Assembly (NCBI GenBank): GCA_043747615.1
Contig: JAYTOU010000077.1
Span: forward strand, 32,001 to 96,000
DNA from: Myxococcales bacterium
GTDB lineage: Bacteria > Myxococcota_A > Polyangia > Polyangiales > Polyangiaceae
Direction of reading: 5' to 3'
DNA length: 64,000 bases
A program made the position numbers and the translations under genes. Shown piece by piece: positions 62,053 to 64,000 of the stretch. Numbering within the stretch: position 1 is the first letter of the stretch; each line of letters opens with the position of its first letter. Below the pieces are notes generated by a model. It searched no databases. It was not told the DNA's origin and saw only the letters and a list, made by a program, of their open reading frames with translations.

Positions 62053-63585
62053 CTACAGTGGTCGGACGGTGACGTTGGCGGAGTAGGTCGACTCGGCAAA
62101 TGGGTTGACCTTCGCCTTGCTGAAGGCGTTCTTGATGCAGGCTTCGGCGGGCGTCCCGGCCGCGTGACCGGTGACGGTGACCGTGGAGACTGCGCCGCTC
62201 GAACCGAAGATGACGAGGGCCTTCGAGATCGGATCGTCGGGACCGAGGCACGTGCGCGCGTTTTGGAGAACGGCGCCGATGGCCCCCGCGACCGCGCCTT
62301 GCGACGGCTTCTGCGGGACCATTCCGGGCGCAAATTCAGGCCCCGTGGGCGCTGCGGCCTGGACTTGCTTCTCCTCCGGGCCGACCGACGTTCGCATCGC
62401 GCCCTTCAGATCGCCTGGGGTAGCTGAGGTGCCCGGGGTCGCGGCGACCGGCTTCTCCTCTGGGGTGGAGGCGGGTGGGGTGGAGGCGGGTGGGGTGGAG
62501 GCGGGCTTGCTCGGCGGTGGCGCTGCGGAGGGCGACTTTCCTCCGCCCTTCGAGGTGACCAGTTGCTTTGGGGCCAGCGCCAGCTTGCCCGCGCTCAGGT
62601 TGGTGTCGGCGGTAGGATCCGCCGCCGCGGTAGGATCCACTGCAACGGGAGCGGCGGCCACGACGGGCGTTACGAGGAGAGCCTCTGGTGCTGCGGGGGG
62701 TGCCTGGACGGCAACCGCGACGGGCGCGGCCCCTTTGTCACCGAACGGATTCCCTTTTGCTTTCACGAAGAGGCCAACGCCGGCTGCCATCGCCGCGACG
62801 GTCACGACGCCGCCGAGGAGGATAACGAGGCCACCGCGCTTCTTGTTGCCGTCCTCGATCGCAAGCACCGCGGAGGGGCGGCTGGAAGGAACGGAGGTGA
62901 TGATCACGTCGGGATGGGCGACGGGCCGCATCCCCGAGATTGGCATGTGACCGGAGACCGGAACGGCATCCGCTACCATCGGGGAGTGCATCGACGGCGG
63001 GGGAATCGACCCAGGCTCTTCGTCGAACAGGCCCGCCGAGGCGAGGGCCGTGGTCTTCGCCCGCTCCGCGCCTTGCGGATCGGCGGCAGCCGCCATCTGA
63101 AGATCGACGAGGCCAGAGTCATTGGGATCGACGCTGGACGGCACGGGCTGGCCGCTGGCAGGGCCGCTCATCGGTCCGACCGGAATCTTGAACGCGCTCG
63201 ATGACGGCGGCGTGGCAGCCATCTCCGCAAGGTCCTTAAAATTTGAACGATCGCGCTGACGTACGGCCTGGGTCCCCATCTTCGCCTCCACTGCTTCGGG
63301 CTTGCCCCGCCCTGAAGAAGGCGCGTATGTACTCTCAAACTGCCCACTCGGCACGTGGCCGGCCAAAGAATTTTTCACCGGAGCCATTGATTTCTCGTCG
63401 GGCGCATGCGGGAGCGGCGGGCCGAAAAGCTCATCATCGGACACACGAAGCTTGGATTTCGCCGGGAGATTCGCTTCTATGCGGGTGACGACACCTTGGG
63501 CCGCCGCGTCCCAATCGAGATCTTTCGCCGGCCAGGCGCCGAGCGCTTCGTCGATATGATCCGACCCGTCCTTCGAGCTACTCAC
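62053..63585 (-). CDS. Putative anti-sigma factor: cytoplasmic Pro-rich region, single TM, AgmX/TonB-C-like C-terminal domain
   Basis: GTGA coupling to the ECF sigma. TM 'GGLVILLGGVVTVAAMAAGVGLFV'. C-terminal 'C.....V.FGSSGAV..VTV......EACI' fold pattern. Confidence 0.7.
   Translation of the reverse strand: MSSSKDGSDHIDEALGAWPAKDLDWDAAAQGVVTRIEANLPAKSKLRVSDDELFGPPLPHAPDEKSMAPVKNSLAGHVPSGQFESTYAPSSGRGKPEAVEAKMGTQAVRQRDRSNFKDLAEMAATPPSSSAFKIPVGPMSGPASGQPVPSSVDPNDSGLVDLQMAAAADPQGAERAKTTALASAGLFDEEPGSIPPPSMHSPMVADAVPVSGHMPISGMRPVAHPDVIITSVPSSRPSAVLAIEDGNKKRGGLVILLGGVVTVAAMAAGVGLFVKAKGNPFGDKGAAPVAVAVQAPPAAPEALLVTPVVAAAPVAVDPTAAADPTADTNLSAGKLALAPKQLVTSKGGGKSPSAAPPPSKPASTPPASTPPASTPEEKPVAATPGTSATPGDLKGAMRTSVGPEEKQVQAAAPTGPEFAPGMVPQKPSQGAVAGAIGAVLQNARTCLGPDDPISKALVIFGSSGAVSTVTVTGHAAGTPAEACIKNAFSKAKVNPFAESTYSANVTVRPL
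62461..62505. repeat. 15-bp in-frame tandem repeat x3 encoding PASTP
   Basis: (tggggtggaggcggg)3. Confidence 0.9.
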
Positions 63586-64000
63586 GCTACGTCTCCCTCG
63601 AGGTCGAAGCCTCGGGCTGCCATGAACTCCCTCAACTTGCGCCGCGCTTCATGCACGCGCCAGGCGATTGTCCCTTCGGGCGCGCCAAGCACCGCGGAGG
63701 CTTCTTCGTGGGATTTCCCATCGATACACACCAAAATGAGGGTGGTGCGGAGGGTCTCGCTGAGGCTGTCGATCCCCTCACAAAGCACGAGATAGAGCTC
63801 TTTTCGCGAGGCGTCGCCGCCCGGATCGGCCATGGCGCTCGGACGACGCTCCACCATGAGGGCTTCCAGGCGCGGGTCATTTGCGCTCGGCCCCGAGTTT
63901 CGCGCGCTTTTTCGCGAGCGGATGGTGTTGAGCGAGAGGTTGACGCCAATCCGGTAAAACCATGTGTATGGCTCACTGCGGCCGTCGAAGCGGGCGAGGG
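63582..64000 (-). CDS. ECF RNA polymerase sigma factor (5' part outside the window)
   Basis: Region 2 'FDGRSEPYTWFYRIGVN' and region 4 'SHEEASAVLGAPEGTIAWRVHEARRKLR'. Confidence 0.93.
   Translation of the reverse strand, partial: LARFDGRSEPYTWFYRIGVNLSLNTIRSRKSARNSGPSANDPRLEALMVERRPSAMADPGGDASRKELYLVLCEGIDSLSETLRTTLILVCIDGKSHEEASAVLGAPEGTIAWRVHEARRKLREFMAARGFDLEGDVA

Overview
A high-GC chromosomal window, most likely from a Polyangiales/Sorangiineae-type myxobacterium. This assignment is inferred from CTC-dominated Leu codons, a tandem Ser/Thr kinase, HEAT and Cys-rich lipoproteins, Uma2 and an AgmX-like anti-sigma. Most of it is core or envelope genes: miaA-mutL, pyrG, hppD-hmgA, dacB, a group-2 sigma70, a TatT-type TRAP (TPAT) transporter, MATE, Cys-rich Pal plus CpoB, carB, a FliJ/SctO-like gene, Slt, an AddAB-type helicase-nuclease, radC, a SpoIVB S55 peptidase with a beta-propeller partner, cstA and a truncated ECF sigma with its anti-sigma. 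The signals not explained by the ORF track are: (1) a 28-bp XerCD dif-like site at 16055-16082 inside a ~5 kb patch of gene fragments and frameshifted genes (12.7-17.6 kb); (2) a recurring -10 hexamer 6-7 nt upstream of start codons with no SD, suggesting widespread leaderless mRNAs; (3) a 60-bp, 33%-GC synonymous patch inside an ABC substrate-binding gene; (4) several odd protein appendages, namely a DctM acidic repeat tail, RadC pentapeptide repeats and a CstA loop insertion. I found no rRNA, tRNA, CRISPR array or intact transposase. All family calls come from motif recognition by eye, not from database searches.
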